Shown: positions 1-12,531 of the stretch, piece after piece | Layout of the letters: the number at the start of each line of letters is the position of its first letter | Numbering within the stretch: position 1 is the first letter of the stretch | Source: Jimgerdemannia flammicorona | Lineage: Eukaryota | Direction: 5' to 3' | Assembly: GCA_003990765.1 (NCBI GenBank) | Contig: RBNJ01000064.1 | Span: forward strand, 1-45,174 | DNA: 45,174 nt | Notes under the pieces: generated by a model | Told to the model about the DNA's origin: nothing | The model's database searches: none | Seen by the model: the letters and a program-made list of their open reading frames with translations, nothing else | Made by a program: the position numbers and the translations under genes

Positions 1-20
1 TATAAAAAAAAAAAAAAAAA
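1..20 (+). repeat. Poly(A) tail of an upstream LINE inserted into ORF1 of the next LINE
   Basis: TAT followed by an A run matches the LINE 3' end at 4033-4059 (GACTAT then A run); purine-rich ORF1-type sequence follows directly. Confidence 0.6.
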
Positions 21-3000
21 GGAGGAGAAAGGGTATGAGGTGGATAAGGAGCAGGAGGTGGAGCTAGCAGGAGTTGCTGGTGAAAGGGTCAAATACTGTT
101 GAGCTAAGTGATATGAATTGCAGCTCTGGCAGGAGGCCTACCTGGAGTACTATGAGGAGTTTGAGAAGAAGGCAGATAGGGAGATGAATGAGCTATTGGC
201 TGGATTGGAGGCTCAGAGGACTGAAGAGGCAGAGGCAATTGCAGAACATAATCTGGATTTGGCACAAGAGGAGATGACCATGGAGTAGTAGAGAAGGACT
301 TGATAATATACTATATTTCATTATAAATAGTACAATCAATATTTTTTCTTTAAACACATATAGGCTATAGGGTGCTTATTGACATAGGAACATTTTTACT
401 TGGCTGAAGGAATTGGAGGCTGATCTCTTCCTCTTACAGGATGTTAGGTGTGAAGATGATTTGGATAGACTGGAATAGATGAAGGAATGGGGAGGTGAGG
501 CAGTTTAGAAGAGCAAGGTTGGAATTCTGGTATGGAAAGGCAGAGGGGTAATAAGGGATATACAGAGCTGGAGGGATAGATTGATCTGGGGTGAGTGAAT
601 ACATACAGGATGAGAGTCAGTTATAGTGGGCTCCTATTACTGCCCTGCTGTATGGGGTGAGTATGTGGATTGGGTGAAGAGTCTTCAGGAGAGTGGGATC
701 CTTATAGAGGCCAGGGTGGATATGCTTAGTGGAGACTTCAATATGGTCCAGGATGTGCTATTGGATAGAACAGATAGAGGATAGGGAGCTGAGGGTCAGA
801 GTGGAGGGCTGGCAGTTTGAGAGAAAGTGGAAAGACTGAGTGCTCTGGTGAATACAGGTAGGGAGTGCTGGGGGGATAAGAGGGTATATACACATTGGGC
901 AGGGGGCTTGGGGATAAGAATTGATTGGATTCTGATGACCAGCTACTGGGGCTTGGATGTTTGGAAGTCACTAGAGGTGGAATGGTATCCTTGGTCAGAT
1001 CATTGGGGGCTTTTAGAACAGGGGCATTTTGGGGGAAGTGGGGATGGGCCTGGACATTGGCACCTCAATTCAAATGATAAGACCCGGTGGGATGAGTGGG
1101 CTGTGGACATTCAACTGAGGGTGAAGTGCTGGAGACAGAAAGGTGCCCCAGTTGGTGTTTAGTAGATATGGATAAAAGAGATGGCCAGGACCTACTGAAG
1201 TAAGGCTGGCAAGAAGGCTGGGAAACAGAGGAGGTGACAGATAAGATGGACTTCTAGTAGACTATCTAAACTCTTGGAGAATCAAGAAAGACTGGTGATA
1301 TTGGAGGGGGGGGAGAATTGGAGATCAATGAGGGTGAAAATGGAGGTTGGCAAACTACAACAGGTATGTATTACAGGAAGAGGAAGAGACAAGGGTGCAA
1401 AGTCTGGCAGTGCAGCTCTATTGACAGGGTTTGGAAGAAGGAGAGAGACCCTCAAAGTATCTCATGAGAGCCCTTCAGGTGAGAAGGGTGCAGCAAAGAT
1501 GAGAGGGGGTACTTGACTCTGATGGTATACTAGTATATAGTATACAAGATATTCTTGGATCTTTAAAGGAGTATTGGAGTGGATTGTAGAGTGAGGAGGA
1601 GGGTGGGGCAGATGCTGATACTATTGACCAAGCATTGGAGGATTGGTGCTCTCTGCAAGTAGATGAGTTGGGAGACTTGGTATTGCTAGTACAAGAAGAG
1701 GAGATCCACCAGGTTCTTACTGCAACAATGCCAGGTATGGCACCTGGGGAGGATGGTTTGCCCTGGGACTTCTGGAAGAAGATGGTGAGAGTCTCAGAAG
1801 TACTGAGTGAGATGATGACATTGTGTGATTTTATTCTACAGACAGAGAGATGGGTGGGGGAACAGGATCTAGAGTTGGTGACATTGCTTTACAAGAACAA
1901 AGGAAGGTGAGAGGACTGGAAGAACTGGAGGCCGATTATGCTGCTGGATATGGACAGAAAGCTGGTTACTAAGGTGGTAGTCATGAGGTTACAAAAGGTG
2001 GCCCAGCAAGTCTTAGATATTGAGCAGAGGGGCTTTGTAGGAGGCTAGCTTATTAGGGATGACACAGCCTGGGTACATGAAGTTATTGAAGGGGCACAAG
2101 CTAGTGGACTGGATGGATGACTGGTCTTTTTAGACCAGGAGAAGGCTTACAACTAGGTGAGGCAAGTCTGGTTGGTGAAAGTATTGGATAGGACTGGGGT
2201 TCCACACTAGTTCAGGTCAGCAATGGTCAGCCTACTAGAAGAGAGTAGGACTGTGCTCATATATAATAGACATAGAGGAGTAGCATTTCTCCTAGGTAGA
2301 GGGGTACTCCAGGGGAACCCACTGTCCCCCATTCTGTATACCCTTTCTCTGGAACCCTTAATGGATAGAATCAGGTGGAAGATAGTGGGGCTCTCCATCT
2401 TTAGTATTGGGTGGAAAGTAGGGGCCTTTGCAGATGACATGGTAGTTGGCCTGGGATTAATTACTGATATTGAGGAGCTTAAGGCAATAGTAGAGTGGTA
2501 TGAGGAGAACTCTGGAGCTAAACTTAATTGGTATAAGTGTGAAACAATGATATTAGGCAATGGTCTGGTGGGAGGGGAGGTTATTGGAATAATTGTCCCT
2601 GCTGGAGAGGTAGTATAGTACTTGGGAATCTATCTGTCAGTATATGGATCAGTTCTACCTAGACTTTAGTGAGAGCAGTGGGTTGGCATCTTGGGGGAGG
2701 TCCTGTGGAGTTGGGGGGATTACCAATTATCTCTGGCAGGGCATGTCTTGATTTTGAACACCTACTGACTGCTGAAGTTGTGATATCTGGCTTATCATCT
2801 GGACTTTCCAGCCTGAGTGATGAAGAGATTGATGAAGCTGGCCAAGGGGTGGATTTGGGCTAGAAGAAGGAGTCAGATCAGCTGGGAGGTCTTGTCCTTA
2901 CCAGTGGCAAGTGGTGGACTTAGGCTGATTGACTTTCCAAAGAGGCTGTACTGCTTGAGAGCATGGTAGTTGAAGAGAGCCATGGAGTTGAGAGGGGGAG

Positions 3001-4059
3001 ATTGGATCCCCCTATTGTAGAAGGTCTGGGAAATAAGGTCCTCACCAAGAGGTTCACCTGGAGATCTCCTATCTTTGGTTGGTCTTTGGAATACTAAACA
3101 ATTGTAATATAAAGGCTTCTGGTGGGGAGTGGTGGAAGGGGCACACTACATTGGAATTCGTTGGCAGAGAAATGAAGAAGAGGTGGCTTAGGACCTGGCA
3201 ATATGGAGATGGGACCAAGTGTTGATGAGTGGCATTCTCTTAATCGAGTTTGACATTAGTAATGAGATTGAATGCCAAAGGGGACCAGGCCAGGATCTAT
3301 GGCCCAGCAGTTAGCAAGAAGTAGAAATCAGTGAAGAGTGGGACTGGTGTGGCATTTGGACCTAGAGTACTGAGATGAGAAGATAGATATCACTAAAGTA
3401 CTGGGTAACTTAGTGGTATATGCTGAGGAGGAATATCATGCTCAACTACTGCTCAGGTCACCTTATTGAGAGAGATTGCTTTGACTATGAGGAGTACCAT
3501 AATGTAGGACAGGAAGGGGGATATATGTAGATATCTGAACATTGGCTAGAAGAGTGTGAGGTACTTAGTAACTTTTGGCAGACTATTGGGAATTATTTGG
3601 AAGTAGGATACAGGGGAGTTGGCATGCAGGGGTGATAGAAGGATTTGAGAGATAGACTGATGGGGGGGGTGGAAAAGGAATGGCTCACATTAGGCTGGAC
3701 TTTGGCTATTTGGGTGGAGTTGGCCAGTCACTGGCTATTTGTTTTTGAGGATAGGAGAAGACTGGGCTTGAGGGTCTGGCTGCTGTAGTAGCATAGCCTT
3801 ATGGAAGACACCTTGACAGGCTGGTGGCTTGGTTGGGGGTTGCAGAGTGGTCAAAGGTGTCACTTGATAGAGAAAATCTATAGGCAGAGTGGGGGGAGAA
3901 TTGGAGTAGTGGGTGAGAAAGTAGTCTTTGTTCAAGAGAGAGTGGGGAGAGACTCACCTATAGGGATCAGGTAGTGGGAGGAAATACTGTAAACTTATTA
4001 ATAGACTGATAATAAATAGTAGAGTCCAAGTGACTATAAAAAAAAAAATAAAAAAAAAA
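21..4059 (+). mobile_element. L1/Tx1-like non-LTR retrotransposon (ORF1 C-terminus, ORF2, poly(A)), degenerate
   Basis: APE endonuclease start near 335-450 (IFSLN...WLKELEADLFLLQDV); RT motifs APGEDGLP, KNWRPIMLL, LDQEKAYN, GVLQGNPLSPILY, AFADD, YLGI; AATAAA then A-tail at 4038-4059. Confidence 0.93.
320..3950 (+). pseudogene. LINE ORF2 (APE endonuclease, RT, C-terminal Cys/His domain) with many premature stops
   Basis: ORF-track fragments 827-1162, 1635-1910 and 2223-2618 carry APE/RT motifs; intervening stops are TAG/TGA/TAA at apparent Trp/Gln/Arg positions. Confidence 0.9.
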
Positions 4060-4060
4060 G

Positions 4061-4590
4061 CATATAGAATTTGTAGCTTTCTATCTACTATGAGAAGCAA
4101 TCTCAAGTAACTAGTACTGAAAGGAAAATGAGAATTAGCAGAGAGAGTGTGCAGAATTTGTAACCCTCTGTCTATTGTAAAGAGTAACTTTAAGTAGCTA
4201 GTATCAGAGCCCAGGGCTGGAGTAGTACTCCTAATAAATCAAATTAAAGATCTAATTCAATTTGAATACTATTTTTCAAAATATGATAATTTGATAAAAA
4301 TATATCCATATTTAATGATCTTTAGCTTTTTAGATTTCCCTATATAAGAGAAATCTAATAAGTTAAAAATTATTAAATTTAAATATATTTTTGTTAAGTT
4401 ATTATATTTTGAAAAATAGAATTCAAATAAGATCCTTAATTTGATTTAAATTTGATTTGATTTAAATGACTCTCAATTTGATTTAATTTGAATTGATTTG
4501 AGTATATTTGAGAGTACTAGGCTAGAGAAAGCTTATAGAATTTGTAGCCCTACTATCTACTGTAAGAAGTAGCTTTAAGTAGTCAGAATC
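4061..4590. repeat. Three degenerate tandem copies of a roughly 50-bp core (AGAATTTGTAGCCCT...AAGTAG), period about 80-87 bp
   Basis: Core starts at 4066, 4153 and 4537; the spacer between the second and third copies is interrupted by a hAT MITE. Confidence 0.75.
4223..4519. mobile_element. Non-autonomous hAT-type MITE, copy 1
   Basis: TIRs TAGTACTCCTAA / TTGAGAGTACTA; 8-bp TSD GGCTGGAG (4215-4222) / GGCTAGAG (4520-4527); AT-rich interior with AATT(C/T)AA repeats; reverse-complement homologue of 14153-14552. Confidence 0.85.
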
Positions 4591-4722
4591 CAATATAGTT
4601 TTAGATCTCACAGATATCCTCTATATGAAAATACCATAGCAGCAGCATTATATAACAGAATTAGAGGGCCAGTAGAGTCTAGTAAGAAGGCTAAACTATT
4701 ACTTAAAAATATATCTAAACTA

Positions 4723-4727
<5 letters not shown>

Positions 4728-4767
<40 letters not shown>
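4728..4767. repeat. (TA)n microsatellite forming the 3' tail of the minus-strand LINE
   Basis: About 20 TA units directly adjacent to the LINE 3' end (reverse complement ...AAGTAACTATAAA). Confidence 0.9.
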
Positions 4768-4773
<6 letters not shown>

Positions 4774-7700
4774 GTTACTTAGACTTCACCATTTATTACC
4801 AGTCTATCAATATAATTACAGTAACTCCTCCCACTACCCAATCCCCATAGGGGAGCTCCCCCCAATACTCTCACACTTGAATACCACCTTACTACTCACT
4901 ACTCTAATCTTCCCCCCACTCTGCTCACAGATTTTCTCTATCAGACAATACTACCAATCACTCTACAGACTCCAACCTAGCCACCATCTTGTCAAAACAT
5001 CCTCTATCAACCCTTTCTACCTCAATAGCTATACCTTCAGACCCAAATATCTCCTTTTCTTAAAAACAAATAATCAGTGATCTACCAGCTCCTCTCATAT
5101 AGTCAATATCTAACCTAAAGTAAGTCACTCCTTTCTAACCCCCCCCATCAATCTATCTCTCAAATCCTCCCACTGACTCCTTTCATTATCCCCCTATGCA
5201 CAACCTCCAATCAATTTCCAACTATCAGCCAAAAGTTATTAAGCATCTTATACTCTTTCAGTCAATATTCTGATATCTACACAAACTCTCCTTCCTGTCC
5301 TACATTATAGCACTCCTTACAGTCAAAGCTTTCTCTCTCTATAAAGTGGCCTGAGCAAAGTTAAGTATGATATTTCTCTATAACATGTACTACTAGACCA
5401 CTCAGTACTTAGATAGCAGCCACTGTCTTATCTCCACACTCTAGATTCAGACCCCATTTCAGTCTCACTCCTCTCCTATATCCACTAACTACTATTTGCT
5501 GGGCCATACATTCTGTCCCAGCTCTCTCTGACACTTGACCCCATTACTAATATTGAAGTCAATTAGGAGAATGCCCCCCAACAACACTCAGTCCCATCTC
5601 TACATTACTGGGCCCCAAGGCAACTCTCCTTTATCTCTCTATCAGTGAATTTCAATACAGTGCACCCAATCTACTATCTCTTACCAAAAGTCCTTATACT
5701 GCATGTACTCACTGTTCTGAAGCCCAATCAAGAACAGTAGATCCCTTGTAGAGCCTCTTGATGAGAACCTCATCTTTCAGACCTTTTTATCAGAGAAACT
5801 CAGCTACCACCTCTCAGCTCCACAGCTCTCTTCAGCCACTATGCTCTCAGGCAGTACAGCCTCTTTGGAAAGTCAATCAGCTCAAGGCCCCCTCTAGCTA
5901 CTGGCAATTATAAGATATCCCAGCTAATCTGACTCCACCTCCCAGTCTAGATCCAATCCTTGACTAGTTTCAATAATCTCTTCACCACCCATACTGAGAA
6001 GTCCAGATGATAAGCCAAATATTACAACTTCAGTAGCCAGTAGATATTAAAAATAGAAATACACCCTGTTAGTGACAAATGGTGGCCTCTTCAACTCCAT
6101 AGGACCTCTCTTCAGATCACCACTCATTGCTCCCACCAAGGTCTTAGTAGAACTGATCCATATATTAAAAGATAGATATCTAAGTATCTCACTGTCTCTC
6201 CAGCAGAGACAATTGTTCCAATGACATCTCCTCTTATCAGGCCATTGCTCAATATCATTATTTCACACTTGTCCCAATTAAGTTTAGCCTCAGAGTATAC
6301 CTCATACTACTCCACTATCTCCCTGAGTTCCTCAACATTAGTGATCAATCTCAGACCAACTACTATATCATCTACAAAGACTCCAACTTTCTACACAATA
6401 CTAAATATTGAGAGCCCTACAATCTTCTACTAAATTCTATCTATCAAAGACTCCAAGGAAAGAGTATATAAAATGGGAGACAGTGAGTCCCCCTGGGGAA
6501 TATCTCTATCCAGGGGGAATGCCACCCCTTGATGTCTATTACATATGAGTACTACTCTACTCCCTTCCAGTAGACTGACTATTACTACTTAGAACTACTG
6601 AGAGATACTAATTTTATCCAGTACCTTTGCCAACCAGACTCTCCAAATATGGTCATATGCCTTCTTCTGATCCAGGAAGACTATTTGCCCATCTAGTCTA
6701 TAGGCTCATGCCCCTTCAATAATACTATGCACCCAGGCCATACCATCCCTAATGAGCTGGCCCCCTACAAAATCTCACTACTCTTCACCCAAAACTTACT
6801 GAGCCATCTTCTACAGCCTTACTACCACCACCTTAGTGACAAACTTTCTATTCATATCCAGAAGCATAATAGGCTGCCAGTTCTTCTAGTCCTCTCTCCT
6901 ACTCTTGTTCTTATAAAACAATACCACCAGCTCCAGATCCTGCTCACTCACCTATCTCCCTGACTGTAGTACTAAGTTACAAAGTGCCATCAGCTCTCCT
7001 AGCACTTTAGAGACTCTCACCATCTTCTTCCAAAAGTCCCAGAGCAGACCATCCTCTCCTGGTGTCATACCTAGTATAGTTATAGCAAGAACCTGGCAAA
7101 TCTCCTCCTTCTATACAGGCATCACTAAGCTACCTAGCCCATCTGCCTATGGTGAGTACTAATCCTCCAAAGTATGATCAATGATAGCAGTATAAGCCCC
7201 ACCCTCCTTCTTGCTCTACAAACCACTCCACCTCTTCTTTAGTGAGCCAAGAATGTCTTATATACTGTGCACCAGCAGACCATCAGAATCTAGTACCCCC
7301 TCCTACTGCTACTTTACTCTCCTCACCTGAAGGGCCCTTATGAAAAACTTAGAGGGCCTCTCCTCTTTCTCCAGCCTCTGCCAACATAACTGCATAGCTA
7401 GACTTTACACTTGTATCTTCTTCTCCTCCTGCAATATCTATTATAATTCTGCAACCTCTATTTTTATCCATATCGATCTCCAATCCTCCACCCCCTCTAG
7501 GGTCAACAAATCTGCTCAATCTTCCAAAAGCCTAGCCAGTCTAGCAGAAGCCCACATCACTCTCTTTCTCTTCTATCTTCTAGCCACCTTACCAGTCTCA
7601 CTCCAGTAGACTCTAGCAGTCTCCTTCAACCTCATTTACTAAATACCAACTAGAGTGCCTTCCTGTACCCAACCCTCTACTCTCTGCCAAATATCCTCAG

Positions 7701-10624
7701 CTCATTTGTCCCATAATATCTTCTCATCTAACAAAGAGGAATTAAGGCACCAATGTCCAGACTCATCCCTACTTCCTCCAAAATGACTCTATCTTAGTAG
7801 TCTCCAATGATCAGATTACAGATACCACTCAGCCTCCAGCAACTTTCACACATCTAAGCCCCAGCAGTCTGCCATCAGAACCCAGTCAATCCTCATCCCT
7901 AGGCCACTCACTCAGTGCATATATATCTTCCAATCACCCCAGAACCTCCTGCCTGTATCTACTAGAGCACTCAGCCTTTCCACTTCCTCTTATATCTCCA
8001 GACCTCCAATCTTACCCTTAGCCCCTCTCTCTCTATCAGTTCTATCTACTAGCACATCTCAGACCATATTTAAGTCTCCTCCAAGCATATCCACTTCAGT
8101 CTCTGCAAGGGCCCCACTCTCTTGAAAATTCTTCACTCAATCTACATACTCACTCTATATAACAGAGCAGTAGTAGGAACCCACTGTAACTAGCTCCCAA
8201 CCTGGTTATATGTATCTACTCTCCCCAAACCAGTCTATCTCTCCAGCTCCTCATATCTCATATCTCCCCTCTGTCTCTCCAGACCAGAATCCCAATCTTA
8301 CCCCTCTATACTGTCTCACCTCTCTATTATTTCATTTATTCTAGTCTATACAAATCATCCTTACATCTGATATCCTGCAAAAGAAAGAGATCAGCCTTCA
8401 ATCTTTTCAGCTAAACAAAAATATTCTGACATCAAAATGAACTCCATAATCTATTTATATTCAATGAAAAAATATTAGTTGTATTATTCATAAGGAATTT
8501 TGTGAAATAACAAGTACATCCTCTATTGCTCTATATTTATCTCTACCTGTACTAAGTTCAGATTTCTTTCAGCAGCCCTCTCCTTCTCTTCAATCCTCTT
8601 AGTCTCTAATCCAACTAGTAGTTCAGTAAGTTCCCCATTCTTCTTTTTCTCAAAGTTCTTACAATACTTCAAACAGGCCTCCTGTCAGAGCTGTAGTTCA
8701 TATCTCTCTACCCACCAGAGGGCAGCCCACTCACCAGCAATAACTGCCAACTCTACCTCCCTTGCCTTGTCAACCTTATACTCTTCCTCTTCCAGAAAAA
8801 CTGTAAGTATCTCCACCTTCAGAGCCTCCACCACTCTATCCCCATACAAGATTTACATCTATTACTCATTACTAAGTACCCTCAGGTCCACTTTCCCTAA
8901 CTTCTCTGCTGCCAAGTTATTCATTATCTGATACATCTATTGGAGGTTACTTATCTCTCTTCTCTCCAGAGTCACTAGTCTCTCTTCTCCCAGTATTAAT
9001 ATATCAGTCTCTGTACTTGCCATCTTATCTCACTTCTCTTCAGGAATATCCACTAATTCATCCTCATCAGCTGCCACCACCTATCCCTCTTTCACTACCT
9101 CAGAAACTCCAAAGTATACTTACTGGGCCCCCTACATAGGTACATCCTCTGCCATCTAGCCCCTTGAGGTGGGACCTCATCTAATAAGAGGAGGGGTGTC
9201 CTCTCAGATCTCAAACATACCATCTATATATAGATTATTACTAGTTACCTCCTTGTCTACTTCTGGCCCCATCTCCACCTTTTCTCTATCTTCACTAGCC
9301 CAGACACTCACTTTGGCACCCCCTGTATCCACAATTCTACCAGCATCTCTCTTTATCTTACCCTCCAGGTTTACCAGCAGCTCCCTCTACCTCTTGTATC
9401 TTTGATATCTTTTCCACATCTTCTTATCTATGCAGATTTGCTTCTCATCCACCATCTCCAAATGTATTGACTCTATATATTCCTTCCAAGTCTTTGCCCT
9501 CCACTCTACTCTACTGCACCACTCAGCTCCTCCAGTACCTCCTACAAATCCTCTTCCTTCTCCTCACTCCCCTTTACCCTCATCATCTTACATAAGAAGG
9601 CCCCCCATACTATCACTGAAGGCCAGTCTCTAGTCTTCCCAGTAGCTTTCCTCTCAGCTAACTGAATCTGAATATCAATATCTCTAGTTCTGAATGAGAT
9701 CTCTTCCTAAACCCAGAACCCAACATCAACTATCTCTCTATACTTAGCTATAACTTTCTTGACTCTCCTCCTCATCTCCACAGCAGTCATCATAAGCACT
9801 TCTTTCACCAGAAGTTATACCACTCTGGAGTCCCACCTCAAGCAATATGCTATTGGAATATACACTTTTCCAACAGTCAGCCCAGCCTTCAGTGCATCCT
9901 CTAATGACTCAGTCTCCTCAAAGCCTATCTCTACTTCTTCCAATTCCTTCAGAAACTTTACAGATACTACTCTAGCCATTTACTTAGCAATCAGCCCCAA
10001 TATCATTTTTGCTATTACTACTAAGCTTCAGAAGTATAAGGTAACTATGAATTCTGAGATTGACTTCTTGAGTAATGGGGCTACTGTCAGTTCTGTTACA
10101 CTATCTACCAGATTACTGGACCTCATGCCTATTCCACAACTCAGTCTACTATCAGCAGTTCTATTTAGATTTTTTTCCAGATTGCCCATTATGCCCCCAT
10201 CAGCAGTCACTTTCCCAGCCACTACACCACCAGCCCTCCTACTCTGGCCCCCCAGAGGAGCTCCCCCCTTCTCCCCAGCAACTGCTTTTCCCTTCTCCAG
10301 CTCCAGCTATCTCTCCAGTTTCTTTGTCTGAGCTCTTATCTTGACCTTAGCAAAGGTCAGCTATCTATTCCTCTGCTGTCTTATTCCACCTCTTCTATCA
10401 CTACTGGCCCTCCATTCTCTCAGAGAAGCACTTGGCATCCTCAAGCCTATATCTTAATCCCACTCCACATGCTGCTAGTTAAAGGTACTGAGACTGCCCT
10501 GCTCTGTACACTCTCCAGAATACTTATTGCTCACTATATTATTAAAACCTTTTCACTGAAAATGTTGTTGGAAGTATTATCTGAAGTTTGTATAACCTAA
10601 ATATTATCAGAAAAAGATCTATTG
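4730..10624 (-). mobile_element. Full-length L1/Tx1-like LINE, degenerate (ORF1 about 10537-8480, ORF2 about 8480-4880)
   Basis: Reverse complement is colinear with 21-4059 including the 3' UTR; 5' end matches the 5' ends at 16997 and about 44855; 14-bp TSD TAAACTATCTGATA (4716-4729) / TAAACTATCTAATA (10625-10638). Confidence 0.92.
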
Positions 10625-12294
10625 TAAACTATCTAATACTTACAAAACTACTCTACTTACTAATCTCAGACTATAATAAGTCTGTTGTCTATTGTAAGTA
10701 TAACAATAGTTATATCTGAGCTCTCTTTAAAGATAATAGTACTATAAAGATCATACAGCTAAAATAAGACTACTATATTGACTGCAAATAGGACTTTGAA
10801 GCTATAAGTGAGATTATACCAGATATCTCTACTACTCTCTTAAGTAGAACCCCTCCTTTTCAAAATATAGAACATTATCAGAGTAATATTATTATCTGTA
10901 TATATATATAGAGAAATATTATACTTGATATACTTCAATATAGTATAAATATATAGTTTTATAAACTCTTAGTCCAGAACCTCATACTGTTAAACAATAC
11001 TAAAGAAGACTTACCCTTTATTGAGCCCTAAGAGATCTGGCTTAAATATCTATCAAAACAGATCAGTATCTGATCAATTCTTCTGTTCTATAAGCAACTC
11101 TCTCTCAGTTATATAAATAGTCAAATATTTATCTTATACAGTATATTGAATTGCATCAAGAATATATATAGTCATACTGAGAGTACTACTATACTAATCT
11201 ACTGTTTATTCTAGCAATCTGCTCAAAGATATGGATAATCCTGATAATGTTCCAGAGATCTCTGCCTAGGTATCATCAAAATGGTAACTGCTGCACTATA
11301 TGGAAAATATACAAATTATGCTTTATATGAGTACTATGCTAAATCAAGCCATCTAATCCATGACAAATATGTCTGGTATGCTTACATTAAAGAAGTTTTA
11401 ATGCCTTCTTAAAGACATCTATACTCATGATGACTTTACAGTCTATCTTACTGACAAAAATCTAGAGTTTACTATAATTCTATGTACTCTATATCTTGAT
11501 GATCTTTGGTTCCTTCTTCACAATCCTATATATGTGAATGATTTCTCTACAATTGATGACATTAAGGAATTGGTGAAGTTAGACCTATTAGGTCTACTAG
11601 AGTTCTGCATTGGTAATTCAAGTTATATACCAATTTGAGAACATCTTATAGAACCTAATAATTGCAAGTTACCCATGTTTTATATACTATCCAAGATATA
11701 CAAAGAGGCTTATATAGTATGACATCCTATCATTAGAGTATTTAACTCTCCTATAACTGAGATTTCACATTTTCTATCTTGCTTTCTCTATCTGTAGTTG
11801 GCCCATCTGTACCATAATATGAGTTATTCACATTACTCACCTCTATGTAATATATTAGAACTATTACAATTAGTTCAATCAGATTACCTTGATGTATCTG
11901 CTTGTTCTCTCATCACTACTAGAGATTTCACTATATTCTATACCAGGATCACACTAGATGAGTATATAGACTGCCTTATCTTTTTGTTGACCATAGTATT
12001 CCTCTCTGGCTCTTTGCTACTTGAAGCTATGTTAGACCTTATTTGTATAGTTATAACTTATACAACATTTATATCTACCATCAGTTCCTTCCACTCTATG
12101 ACTAGTATTACTATGGGTACTAATTGTACTCTAGATCCAGTCAATCTTATTGGTTTTACTCATAAGTTATATACCTTGCAAATGTCTAACCATTTGCTCA
12201 GCCAAGCTATTGTAGCTAGGCTAAAGTTCTGCCAGTTTATTGATGATTTAATTGTCTTTACACCTGTGATCATAGACTTGACCTTGATTTTTAG
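10625..12294 (+). mobile_element. Penelope-like element (PLE) reverse transcriptase, degenerate and 3'-truncated; continues from about 4590-4729 across the LINE insertion
   Basis: Ordered PLE RT motifs: TDKNL (about 11452), LPMFYILSKIYK..HPII..NSP (FY.LPKIHK..RPI, about 11670-11750), RDFTIFYTRI (D..SLYT.I), SITMGTNCTLDPVNL (G.AMG...P.LANL), FCQFIDD (R[YF]IDD). Confidence 0.85.
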
Positions 12295-12296
12295 TA

Positions 12297-12529
12297 CTGT
12301 ATCTCTTTGTTGGTATTGAAATGTAGCCAAATTTGGCTACAAAAAAAAAAAAAAATTTAAAAATTTTTTTAACTTAATATTTGAAGAAAATCTATGAAAG
12401 CTAGTAAAAAATTTTTTTTTTTTTTTTTAGTAAAATAATTTTTTATGATTTTTTTTTATTTTTATAAAATTTTAGTTACAGTTGTTTTTTGCAGCCAAAT
12501 TTGTCTGCAATACCATCTAAGAGATACTA
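12297..12529. mobile_element. Foldback MITE with TA flanks (Tc1/mariner-pogo-like)
   Basis: Imperfect TIRs of about 45 bp (TA-CTGTATCTCTTTGTTGGTATTG / CAATACCATCTAAGAGATACTA-TA), each containing the palindrome TG(T/C)AGCCAAATTTG(G/T)CT(A/G)CA; A/T-run interior. Confidence 0.7.
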
Positions 12530-12531
12530 TA

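Noticed and set aside
4061-4590. CRISPR-like repeat-spacer array
   Set aside because: Only three degenerate units in a eukaryotic transposon context, with no cas genes.
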